A DNA stretch of 64,000 nt from a virus: the IMG/VR virus record IMGVR_UViG_3300022939_001737, positions 1 to 64,000 of that record, one strand, 5' to 3'. The notes beneath the pieces were generated by a model, which saw nothing but the letters and a program-made list of their open reading frames with translations, ran no database searches and was not told the origin of the DNA. Position 1 is the first letter of the stretch. Every line of letters begins with the position of its first letter. Shown here piece by piece: positions 37,431-46,731 of the stretch. Both the position numbers and the translations under genes were made by a program.

Positions 37431-40400
37431 TTATCCTAGTGCCGCTATTTCACCTGTGTTTTTAATTCTTAATGGAATGTAAATAAATTCAATAGCCTTA
37501 ACTGGTTCAATAGCTATGTCTAACCAAAGCTCATTTCTATCAATTCTTGCTGGCGTATTGTTTGATTCATCACAAACTACTAAGAAGTCATATAGTGCTC
37601 TTAAACCTACAAGTTCTAGTAACAGAGCATCTGCTGCTGCTTTAACTTGATCACGTGTGATCTTATCGTTTGGTTCAAACAAGTAAGGTCTTGCTAGTAG
37701 CTCTAGTTGTCCACGTAAGTAAACAATCAAACGTGCTACGTTTACACGATCTAGCGCACTTGCATTTCTTGCACGAGTTTTCTGACCAAACACAACTAAA
37801 CCAGCACCACTTATAAACGTAATTGGGTTTATATTGTTGCTGTATAGTGTATCACGTTGTCCAGTGTTTAATGCAACACTTACAAATTCACCTTCGCTGT
37901 TAATGTAGCCTGAGCTTGTAGCGTTTGTAACACCGCCACGTCTTGTACCTGCTGGAGCAAACCAGGGGAACGCAACTTGGTCATTTAGTATGATTGTTCT
38001 TAGTGCCATATGGCTTGGAGGAACAACAACATTGTTACCTGCATTATCACTTGTAAAGCCCCAAGGATAATACATTGCCATATATTCATCACGGCTTACT
38101 GCACCATCATCGTTATCTTCAACTGCTAGGTTAACGTTAGTTGCCCATTCGTTTAGTGATGTAGCATCAGGCGTCAATCTTGCTGGTGTATCACCTACAA
38201 CAAACGCTGTTAATCTGCGATCGTAGTTTAGAGTGATCATTTCACCTATTAGTTCTGGATAACCAGGTGTAGCAATTAAGTTAAACTGACGTGATTCTTC
38301 GTCACGTATTTCTTGGTTGCTATTGACTGTTGCCTGTAGGCCTTGAACAACTGACTTACGTTGTGCAAAACGTCCAAATGTGCCTGAACCGTCATCATTG
38401 TTTCCGGAATCAGTTACCCATCTGTGTGGGTAGTATGCTTCCATAGACTGATCTTCAAGGTCACCACTATTTCCAACAACCTGGAATCTTCCATTGTCTG
38501 CACTTGTATCAATGTAATTACGCTCAAAACGCTTTACATTGAATCCGCTTCTACGTGTGTTCCATAGCAGCATACCTTCTGGGTAAAGTGCTGGATCTGG
38601 AGCATCTGGATCTAAGTAATCACTGACTAGTAGTTCATCAATATCAGCTGCTGCTGAGTTGGAACCTGCATCTGACCAACGTGCATCTGAAAATAGTATT
38701 CCATTTTCTGTTGTTTGATCAGTTTTATCAATTAGAACCCATTGTAGTAAAGTCGCATTCCAACGGTATACATTGCCGTATTCTTCAATATCTGCTGTGC
38801 TTATCCAAAGATCGCCTTCAACAAGCGAGCTCACATCGTCTGTTTGGGTAGTAGGCGCAGTAGCACTTACAATTGGACCAGTAGCATTTGTGTCTGGATA
38901 CACATTAAGGTATCCTCTCCAGCCGCCGCTGCCGTCGTGTACTAGCATATCAACTTCGTCAACTACAGAGCTATACCATAGTTCGCCATCTGCTGTTAGG
39001 CTTGCAGGCGCATCGTCGCTTGCTGTTGCTTCTAGCGGCTTCCAGTTTGAAAATACTAAATCATTTGCTGAATCGCCTGTAGGAGCAGTGTAAACATTTG
39101 CTTTTTTATTGTTGCCTGTTGCAACAAATCCTGCTAGACCTAGCAATCCGTCTGTATCAGCTGCTCTAATATCGCCACCTAATTTATGTTGGATGCTTAC
39201 TTTGTTTGAAGCGTCAACCAAAGCGACAATGTTAGTAAATCCTGCTGCATTAATTGCTGCTGCTAGTTTATCTGCATCTGTACTTGCACCTAGTGTAATA
39301 AGTGTTATTGTTTTAGATGATCTTGTTAGACTTCCTGCTGTGGTTTCTTCTAAAGTAAATGAGTAAGTACCTGCTGTTAGATTAGTTGTGATTTTGTCAC
39401 CTGTAACAACTGTTGCGCCGTTTGCTACTCTTTCATTTACTTGGAAATCTACTACTATAGGATTAGTTTCATTAATATTTGCATTTACATACAAATCTCC
39501 AGCTAGTAGATTTGACCCACCGCCGGCTTTATCTAAACCAAACAGTGCTGCTTCTGGTGATGCATACATCGGAGCATCAACGCTTGCCCATAATTGTGTA
39601 TCACTGTTATACTTTTTAACACTGAAATCTGCACCGCCGTTTGGTTGTGTAGTTTTAATCCACAATGAACCTGTAGGTGCTTCAGCTGTTCCGCCATCTT
39701 TGTAAGCAGGAACACTTGTATGAGGAGCAATTGTAATTTTAGGTGCAGCATATGTACCTGTAATAATACCTAGTGCGCCGCCATCTTCTGAAGCAGTGTT
39801 TTCATCACCAACTAGTGCTCCGTCACCTGTTTCGATTACAACATCTACTCCGGTAGAATATATTTCTAATGCGCTATCAACTGCTGCTGCTGTTACACCT
39901 GCGATTCCTCTTGCATTAATGTCTGTAGCAAGCTGTGTAATTGTTGTACCAGTTGCAGTTACTTCTAAACCATTAATTATAATAGTATCGCTGAGTGCAA
40001 TTGAAACTGGAGTTTTTGTACCTCTTACAACTGGCCAACTTGCTGACCATTGTGTAGATCCTACTCTTACCCAGTCACCTGCAGATCCTGCATTTGCAGT
40101 TCTTCCTGGTGTTTTATAAAACACTCTAAATTCAGTAGCAACGTCACCTGCATCAATTGTACCGTCTATAGCATAATCGCCTATTTGACCAATTGATGTT
40201 TTTGGTGCTGATGTATTTGAATCAATATCAGATGATTCAACTAAAACTGTTCTTGGTACTACAGAAAATGACTGTCCGCCTGTTGAAGTAACAGGTGCAC
40301 CGTTCCATTCTAAGATACCAAAGCTAGTTGTTTGAGTGTCTATCCAAGCTGCACCATTTGCTGGCTCGCCGCCAGGTGCATCTGATTTTGCTGTTAGTTT

Positions 40401-40751
40401 TGCTAAGTCTAAATCAGCTCTTACAACGTATGCTCTATTAGATACGCCCAAAACTGAATAAGCTGCTTGTAGTCCGTACTCATTTAATTCACCTCCGTGA
40501 ATCATATTGCCGTTTGCATCTGAGTAAAATAACGGATCTCCAAATGTTTCACCAAGCTCTCTTTGGCTGGTGATTAAATATGGTTTACCAGCGTTTGCTT
40601 TGGTTGTACCTGCTGCAATTCCTGCGCCACTGCTTGAAGTTTTATTCGTAGCAGTTGCAACAAAAATCATAGGTACCGTACCAGCTGCGGCCGGAGTGTA
40701 GAATGATTCGTCAATTACATTGACTTCTACGCCTGGTGATACTAATGCCAT
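37431..40751 (-). CDS. tail sheath protein (gp18-like) with large insertions
   Basis: MALVSPGVEV, FGDP, PPSH, WFAPAG..RG, INPI, FGQKT, DRVNVARL, FEPND, P.KAIEFI. Probable start MALV at 40751. Confidence 0.95.
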   Translation of the reverse strand: MALVSPGVEVNVIDESFYTPAAAGTVPMIFVATATNKTSSSGAGIAAGTTKANAGKPYLITSQRELGETFGDPLFYSDANGNMIHGGELNEYGLQAAYSVLGVSNRAYVVRADLDLAKLTAKSDAPGGEPANGAAWIDTQTTSFGILEWNGAPVTSTGGQSFSVVPRTVLVESSDIDSNTSAPKTSIGQIGDYAIDGTIDAGDVATEFRVFYKTPGRTANAGSAGDWVRVGSTQWSASWPVVRGTKTPVSIALSDTIIINGLEVTATGTTITQLATDINARGIAGVTAAAVDSALEIYSTGVDVVIETGDGALVGDENTASEDGGALGIITGTYAAPKITIAPHTSVPAYKDGGTAEAPTGSLWIKTTQPNGGADFSVKKYNSDTQLWASVDAPMYASPEAALFGLDKAGGGSNLLAGDLYVNANINETNPIVVDFQVNERVANGATVVTGDKITTNLTAGTYSFTLEETTAGSLTRSSKTITLITLGASTDADKLAAAINAAGFTNIVALVDASNKVSIQHKLGGDIRAADTDGLLGLAGFVATGNNKKANVYTAPTGDSANDLVFSNWKPLEATASDDAPASLTADGELWYSSVVDEVDMLVHDGSGGWRGYLNVYPDTNATGPIVSATAPTTQTDDVSSLVEGDLWISTADIEEYGNVYRWNATLLQWVLIDKTDQTTENGILFSDARWSDAGSNSAAADIDELLVSDYLDPDAPDPALYPEGMLLWNTRRSGFNVKRFERNYIDTSADNGRFQVVGNSGDLEDQSMEAYYPHRWVTDSGNNDDGSGTFGRFAQRKSVVQGLQATVNSNQEIRDEESRQFNLIATPGYPELIGEMITLNYDRRLTAFVVGDTPARLTPDATSLNEWATNVNLAVEDNDDGAVSRDEYMAMYYPWGFTSDNAGNNVVVPPSHMALRTIILNDQVAFPWFAPAGTRRGGVTNATSSGYINSEGEFVSVALNTGQRDTLYSNNINPITFISGAGLVVFGQKTRARNASALDRVNVARLIVYLRGQLELLARPYLFEPNDKITRDQVKAAADALLLELVGLRALYDFLVVCDESNNTPARIDRNELWLDIAIEPVKAIEFIYIPLRIKNTGEIAALG

Positions 40752-40866
40752 TTTCTTTTCTCCTATCAAAATGATATTGTTCTATATGTTGTATTTAGTA
40801 ATTTGCAAACATTTCACCAGGTAATTGCACCAAAAAAAGGGACCGAAAAGGTGAGGTAAATACAAT

Positions 40867-41202
40867 ATGAGGCCATTATGCAAATGCGGACAACGTCCTG
40901 CTGCAATAAATTACAAAAAAGATAATAAAACATATTATCGCAGTCTTTGCGAAACTTGCTTACGTAAGGGAATAGGTCACGGCATACCAAAATGGCAGCA
41001 ACGAGGTTATGAAAAAAAAGATACTTGTGAAAAATGCGGACACACAAGTAAACACCAAGAACAGTTTAATGTATATCATATAGACGGAGATTTAAATAAT
41101 TGCCGTCCTAATAATTTAAAAACAATATGTGCTAATTGTCAAAGGGTAATGCAAAAAGAAGGTTCACGTTGGAAGCAGGGAGACCTTACGCCCGACTTTT
41201 AG
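40867..41202 (+). CDS. HNH endonuclease-like zinc-binding protein
   Basis: CxC and CxxC pairs, HIDGDLNN..PNNL..ICANC. TAAATA 4 nt upstream. Confidence 0.75.
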   Translation: MRPLCKCGQRPAAINYKKDNKTYYRSLCETCLRKGIGHGIPKWQQRGYEKKDTCEKCGHTSKHQEQFNVYHIDGDLNNCRPNNLKTICANCQRVMQKEGSRWKQGDLTPDF

Positions 41203-41685
41203 ATTTTCAATCAGTTGGTATGTATTAAACATAAGTTCGTTTATTGTGCCATTATTATCAATTGTAAAATCAGACATCCATTGTTCTAAACTCATACTAT
41301 CTTTAGGTTCTGGAGGCAAATGATCACTTCTATCTACCCAAATACAATAATCAAATACATTTGTATTTTTCATTGCAAAGAATTCACGCTTATTTCTCAG
41401 TCCGCAATAAATGTCGTGTTCTTTAAATATTTCTCGACCTAGACGAGCTCCGTCGCCTTTATTAAAATCACAGATAGCATCATACCATTCTGCTCTGTGA
41501 TTATGCCTGTCAGCATAGCACTCTTCTTCATTAGTATAACCATACTTGTCCTTTAACATATCATAGATAAAAAGTTTTGAGCAGAATCGACTACTGGATT
41601 CAAAACTTAGATTATAATTTTGTTGTAATATTTCACAAACGGTATCTTTGCCGTGGCGGCCGTGCCCAATTACTAGCAATTTCAT
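41164..41685 (-). CDS. deoxynucleoside monophosphate kinase-like
   Basis: IGHGRHGKDT, GLR..RE, DFTIDNNGT. Confidence 0.7.
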   Translation of the reverse strand: MKLLVIGHGRHGKDTVCEILQQNYNLSFESSSRFCSKLFIYDMLKDKYGYTNEEECYADRHNHRAEWYDAICDFNKGDGARLGREIFKEHDIYCGLRNKREFFAMKNTNVFDYCIWVDRSDHLPPEPKDSMSLEQWMSDFTIDNNGTINELMFNTYQLIENLKVGRKVSLLPT

Positions 41686-41710
41686 TCTATACCTCTACTT
41701 AATAAAATTA

Positions 41711-41739
41711 AGTATAACGTAAAATAGTAACTTTGTCAA
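41711..41739 (-). promoter_or_regulatory. sigma70-type promoter
   Basis: TTGACA (41739-41734), 17 nt, TATACT (41716-41711). Confidence 0.7.
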
Positions 41740-42494
41740 CCAATTAAGAAACCGTAACCTGTCCCGCCGGGCACAGCAAGAGATACATCAGACTCTAATT
41801 TTTCTAATTCTGCTTGTGCTTCTGCTTTTAGGGCATCACCATTAAGTGTTGAACCGCCTTGTGGCCCTGCAATAGTAGCAAACTTTGAACGTGCTTCGCC
41901 TAGCATATATTTACAACTTGCTAGTGTGTAATCTTTGATCCATTGAACAGCTAGGTAATCACTTAATAGTTCGCTGTCAGGACGATAGTTATAGCAATAA
42001 AGTAACAGTTCTTCTTCTGCTCTGGGGCGTTGTAACAAAGTTAGTTTTTTACTAGTATTGTTCCATTTAAATTCAATAAACGAACCAAACATTCTACCTA
42101 CTAGCTCTTGGTGCTGAGAAAACAGGTCATATGTAGCAAGTCCGCCCATTTTAGAGCTAGACAACAAATAAGTATTTGTATATGCCAAGTTAAATGGTTC
42201 AAACAAACTACCGCCATCGCCTCCGCCTGTTCTAGAACCTATACTTCTACGAAATAGTTTGCGTACTTCAATTACTTCATTCGGCAAAACATAATCATTT
42301 TGATCAATAACTGTAGTTAAAAACATATATGATTCTTCAACTGAATTGTCTGAACGCTGTCTAAATTTTGTCAATGCTTTTGTAAGTGCAGTTTCATAAT
42401 GTATAGGATCTAATTCAACATCAATCATCCCTCCGCCTAGGAAGGTATTAACATAATCATATACTTCTTGTTTTTGTGTTGCTAAATTTGCCAT
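41736..42494 (-). CDS. neck protein (gp13-like)
   Basis: LGGGMIDVEL, WIKDY..A..K..LG..RSKF..I.GP.GG.TLNG. Probable start MANL at 42494. Confidence 0.85.
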   Translation of the reverse strand: MANLATQKQEVYDYVNTFLGGGMIDVELDPIHYETALTKALTKFRQRSDNSVEESYMFLTTVIDQNDYVLPNEVIEVRKLFRRSIGSRTGGGDGGSLFEPFNLAYTNTYLLSSSKMGGLATYDLFSQHQELVGRMFGSFIEFKWNNTSKKLTLLQRPRAEEELLLYCYNYRPDSELLSDYLAVQWIKDYTLASCKYMLGEARSKFATIAGPQGGSTLNGDALKAEAQAELEKLESDVSLAVPGGTGYGFLIG

Positions 42495-42511
42495 AGAAGT
42501 TCTCCGTATAG

Positions 42512-42532
42512 TATTTATGTTATCGATAAATA
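42512..42532. promoter_or_regulatory. back-to-back late-type TAAATA boxes
   Basis: TAAATA on - at 42512-42517 and on + at 42527-42532, between divergent neck genes. Confidence 0.65.
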
Positions 42533-42537
42533 TGTAT

Positions 42538-43707
42538 ATGCCAAGACTATCATTATATAAACCAGAACGCGGCAATGATTATCATTTTATAGACAAGCAA
42601 GTCTATGAAATGTTTACTGTTGGCGGCACAGACATTAATATACACAAATATTTAGGTCCTGCTAACCCAGCAGACGGCGAAGCTACTGCTGATCAGCCAC
42701 AATATGATGCTGTAAAAGAAACAAATATTCAAGATTTACTTTTCTTAGAAAACAGGGACAGGAAATATGATCCTGATGTTTACTCTATGAGAGGCATATA
42801 CAATGTTCAAGACATTGACTTCGATCTTTCACAGTTTGGATTATTTCTAAGTAATGATACACTGTTTATGACAATTCATATAAACAGTTCAGTAAAAACA
42901 CTTGGTAGAAAAATTATGCCTGGTGATGTAGTTGAACTTCCGCATCTCAAAGACGAATATGCACTTAATGATTATACTATTGCATTGAAAAGATTTTATG
43001 TAGTTGAAGATGTTAATAGAGCAGCTGAAGGATTCAGCCAAACTTGGTATCCGCATTTATACAGACTAAAGTTAAAACAAATCGTAGATAGTACAGAATT
43101 CAAGGAAATTTTAGATTTACCTGCAGAAGAAGGTTCAGATAATACACTACGTGACATTCTTTCTTCATATGAAAAAGAAATGCAAATTAATAATGCTGTA
43201 GTAGCACAGGCAGAAGCAGATGCGCCCAAGAGTGGATATGATATAAATCATTACTATACAGTAGCAACAAATGATGATGGAAGTATTGACCTTAGAACAG
43301 CCGATTCAGAAGAATTAGATGCAAGCGGGTTTACAGTAAGTGCTGACGAAGTAACTAATAGACCAGAACGTGAAGGTTATTCAGGATACCTAGTAGGTAC
43401 AGGCGATGTTGCTCCAAACGGTGCACCATTTGGATTTGGTATACAATTCCCAAGGGACAACAATGAAGGAGATTACTTTTTACGTACAGACTTTTTACCA
43501 AATAGAATGTTTAGATATGATGGGTCAAGGTGGGTGAAAGTAACAGACGATATAAGAATGACACTAAGCAATACACTAGAAAGACAAACTTATAAAACAA
43601 CATTTATTAATAACACAAATGTCAACACAATAAGCGGTGAAGAAGTTGAAGAAAGACAAAGTTTGTCTAAAGCACTTAGGCCAAAGAAACCAACGGCGGA
43701 TAACTGA
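42538..43707 (+). CDS. neck/head-closure protein (gp14-like) with C-terminal extension
   Basis: LSQFGLF, GDVVELPH, position between gp13-like and gp15-like genes. Probable start MPRL at 42538. Confidence 0.65.
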   Translation: MPRLSLYKPERGNDYHFIDKQVYEMFTVGGTDINIHKYLGPANPADGEATADQPQYDAVKETNIQDLLFLENRDRKYDPDVYSMRGIYNVQDIDFDLSQFGLFLSNDTLFMTIHINSSVKTLGRKIMPGDVVELPHLKDEYALNDYTIALKRFYVVEDVNRAAEGFSQTWYPHLYRLKLKQIVDSTEFKEILDLPAEEGSDNTLRDILSSYEKEMQINNAVVAQAEADAPKSGYDINHYYTVATNDDGSIDLRTADSEELDASGFTVSADEVTNRPEREGYSGYLVGTGDVAPNGAPFGFGIQFPRDNNEGDYFLRTDFLPNRMFRYDGSRWVKVTDDIRMTLSNTLERQTYKTTFINNTNVNTISGEEVEERQSLSKALRPKKPTADN

Positions 43708-45119
43708 TGCAACACTTTTATGACGGACAAGTAAGAAGATATCTTACACAAATGATGCGCATACTTAGTAATTTTCCTATCAAAGAAGGCGATGGAAGAA
43801 CCAAAGAAGTGCCCGTTACGTATGGAGATCTAACAAGACAAGTTGCAAATATAATTCGAGAAAATTCTGAAAATAAATTGCCTAGTGCACCTCGTATCGC
43901 TGTGTATCTAACAGGCTTAGAATTAGATAAAGACAGGCTTACGGATGCAACATATACACGTAAGACAAATATTAGAGAACGAGCATACGACGAAACAAAC
44001 GAAGAATATCTAAATTATCAAGGTAAAAACTATACAGTCGAAAGGCTAATACCAACACCTTATATGATGCGTGTTAATGCAGATATATGGACAACTAATA
44101 CAGATCAAAAATTACAAATATTAGAACAAATACTCGTACTTTTTAATCCTAGTTTAGAAATGCAAACTACAGATAACTTCATAGACTGGACAAGTATTAC
44201 TGTTGTAAATCTTGAAAATGTACAATGGTCTAATCGCAGTGTTCCTGTAGGTGTTGATTCGGAAATAGATATTGCTACACTTACTTTTAGTGTGCCAATT
44301 TACATTAGTCCTCCTACCAAAGTTCGCAAAATGGGTGTTATTACTAACATTATAACTAGTATGTTTGATGAAGAAAGAGGAACAATAGAAGACGGCATTA
44401 CTGTGCCTGAATTAAATCAATACGACGATTTTGCAAATTCTGGTATTACAACAAACGAATTTGGAAGCAAATCAGAAACTGACCTTGCACAAAACACAGC
44501 AAATGTAAATTACAACAAGTACGGCGTTTATTTAGATACAGACACTGCCCAGCTTTATTCAAATGGCATAGTAGGTAACAGAGGATGGCGCGAAGTATTT
44601 GAAGCATTGCCAGGCACTTATGCAGCAGATATAAGTAGAATATATCTAACTAATCTTGATAGTGATGCAACTGTTACAGGCACTTTTACCCTTAGTCCAT
44701 TTGATGAGGGTAAAATATTAATTAACTGGGACACTGACAGTTTTCCTAGTGACACAATCATACAAGGTAGAACAAGTATAGATTATATCATAAATCCTGT
44801 GAGTTTTAATCCGAGTGCTATCAAAGTTACAGGCTTAAGGCTATTATTACTTGAAGACTTGGGAGATCCTAATGCAGTAAACGTTCCTGCAGCCTGGCAA
44901 AATACAGATGGCACAGGACTGGTTGCTAAGGCTAACGATATTATAGAATGGGACGGTTCTAAATGGAACATTGTATTTGATGCAAGTGAAACTACAGCAA
45001 TTACTTACACAACAAATTTGAATACAAGTGTACAATATAGATTCAAAAACGGAGAATGGTTTAAATCTATAGACGGTGATTATCCAGTTGGATCCTGGAG
45101 GATTGAGCTTGCAGGATAA
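43707..45119 (+). CDS. tail terminator/sheath stabiliser (gp15-like) with C-terminal extension
   Basis: FYDGQVRRY, VPV.YG, PTPY, QILEQILVLFNP. Confidence 0.8.
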   Translation: MQHFYDGQVRRYLTQMMRILSNFPIKEGDGRTKEVPVTYGDLTRQVANIIRENSENKLPSAPRIAVYLTGLELDKDRLTDATYTRKTNIRERAYDETNEEYLNYQGKNYTVERLIPTPYMMRVNADIWTTNTDQKLQILEQILVLFNPSLEMQTTDNFIDWTSITVVNLENVQWSNRSVPVGVDSEIDIATLTFSVPIYISPPTKVRKMGVITNIITSMFDEERGTIEDGITVPELNQYDDFANSGITTNEFGSKSETDLAQNTANVNYNKYGVYLDTDTAQLYSNGIVGNRGWREVFEALPGTYAADISRIYLTNLDSDATVTGTFTLSPFDEGKILINWDTDSFPSDTIIQGRTSIDYIINPVSFNPSAIKVTGLRLLLLEDLGDPNAVNVPAAWQNTDGTGLVAKANDIIEWDGSKWNIVFDASETTAITYTTNLNTSVQYRFKNGEWFKSIDGDYPVGSWRIELAG

Positions 45120-45127
45120 TTAATTAT

Positions 45128-45568
45128 ATGACTGACCATATAATTTGCAGCGGCGCACTTTTTTATACATTAAAAACCAATAGATTTTTATTCTTACATA
45201 GAGCAAACGGCAAGCGTAGTAATATGTGGGGGCTAGTTGGTGGACAAAACGAACTGTCTGAAACTCCGTTCGAAGGCTTGAAAAGAGAAATAGAAGAAGA
45301 AATTGGATTTTTGCCCGATATAAAGAAGACATTACCGTTAGAAAGTTTTATTTCATCTGATAATAAATTTTACTTTCACACTTATTTGTGTGTAATAAAG
45401 GAAGAATTTATCCCCCAACTTAATAATGAACACAACGGTTACGCCTGGTGCAGTTTTACAAAATGGCCTAAGCCTTTACATCACGGTCTACGTAATACTC
45501 TTCAAAGTAAAGTCAATCTACGTAAATTAGACACAGTATTCCAAACTATTAATTTACTTGACACATAA
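45128..45568 (+). CDS. Nudix hydrolase
   Basis: Nudix box GGQNELSETPFEGLKREIEEEIG. Confidence 0.88.
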   Translation: MTDHIICSGALFYTLKTNRFLFLHRANGKRSNMWGLVGGQNELSETPFEGLKREIEEEIGFLPDIKKTLPLESFISSDNKFYFHTYLCVIKEEFIPQLNNEHNGYAWCSFTKWPKPLHHGLRNTLQSKVNLRKLDTVFQTINLLDT

Positions 45569-45586
45569 CAAAAAATAAAGTATAAT
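45558..45586 (+). promoter_or_regulatory. consensus sigma70 promoter for the heptose operon
   Basis: TTGACA (45558-45563), 17 nt, TATAAT (45581-45586), 5 nt, ATG. Confidence 0.85.
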
Positions 45587-45591
45587 AAAGT

Positions 45592-46731
45592 ATGAAAGTC
45601 CTAGTTATTGGCGATATAATCATTGACAAATATATCTACGGAAGCAGCACACGTTTGAGTCCGGAGGCTCCTGTTCCTGTGGTTACACAAGAACATATTG
45701 TAGAAACTATAGGTGGCGCAGGATTAGTTTATAAAAATTTAGAAAGTCTAGGTGTTGATGTTACACTTTACGATTATGATCAGCCTAAAAGTGTTAAGAC
45801 TCGTGTAATGTGTGATGGACATTATGTTACACGTATAGATAACGATTATGATGTAAATGGTGCTGAAATACTAAACGATATTCTTAATAAGGATTTTCAA
45901 TGGTATGATTATGTAATATTAAGTGATTATGACAAGGGAGTGTTAGACGAATCTAAACGTATTATTGAACACATTAATAAATTTGGTTGTAAGATAATTG
46001 TAGATCCAAAAACACACGCGACTCATTATGAAGGTGCTTGGTTGGTAAAACCTAATAGTTCTGAATTTGAAAGGTTAGGCTTTACAAAGTGGCTTGGTAA
46101 TATTATAACAACAAATGCATCAAATCCTGTAATAGCAGAAATTGACAAAGAATATTATACTATACCGGTAGACCCCGTAGAAGTAAGTGATGTCACAGGT
46201 GCAGGGGATTGTTTCCTAGCAGCATTTGTTTATGCGTTAACCAGAGGGTATAATCATAGAACTTGTTTAGAACTTGCTGTTAAAGGATCTACAGAAAGTG
46301 TGAAACATAGTGGTACATATATTCTAAAACAAAATGATTTGGAAGAACGTATAATTTTCACAAATGGTGTATTTGATATACTCCACAAAGGACATTTTGA
46401 ATTACTAAACGAAGCACGTAATTTAGGAAATCGTCTAATTGTAGGCATTAATTCAGATGCTAGTGTAAAACGACTAAAGGGCGAGACTAGACCCATTAAT
46501 AATGTGACTAAACGCATAGCACAATTAGAAATGTTACCGTGGGTAGATGAAGTTGTTGTATTTGACGATGATACTCCATATGAATTAATTAAACAAATAA
46601 AACCGCATCTAATCGTAAAGGGCGGTGATTATAAAATAGAAGAAGTTGTAGGTAATGATTTAGCAGATGTACACATAGTTTCAACTGTTGATGGTTATTC
46701 TACAACTAGCATAATAGAGGCAGCACTATGA
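45592..46731 (+). CDS. hldE: bifunctional heptose-7-P kinase / heptose-1-P adenylyltransferase
   Basis: RLSPEAPVPV, SDYDKG, DVTGAGD (PfkB), then FTNGVFDILHKGH, KGGDY, STT. Confidence 0.93.
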   Translation: MKVLVIGDIIIDKYIYGSSTRLSPEAPVPVVTQEHIVETIGGAGLVYKNLESLGVDVTLYDYDQPKSVKTRVMCDGHYVTRIDNDYDVNGAEILNDILNKDFQWYDYVILSDYDKGVLDESKRIIEHINKFGCKIIVDPKTHATHYEGAWLVKPNSSEFERLGFTKWLGNIITTNASNPVIAEIDKEYYTIPVDPVEVSDVTGAGDCFLAAFVYALTRGYNHRTCLELAVKGSTESVKHSGTYILKQNDLEERIIFTNGVFDILHKGHFELLNEARNLGNRLIVGINSDASVKRLKGETRPINNVTKRIAQLEMLPWVDEVVVFDDDTPYELIKQIKPHLIVKGGDYKIEEVVGNDLADVHIVSTVDGYSTTSIIEAAL

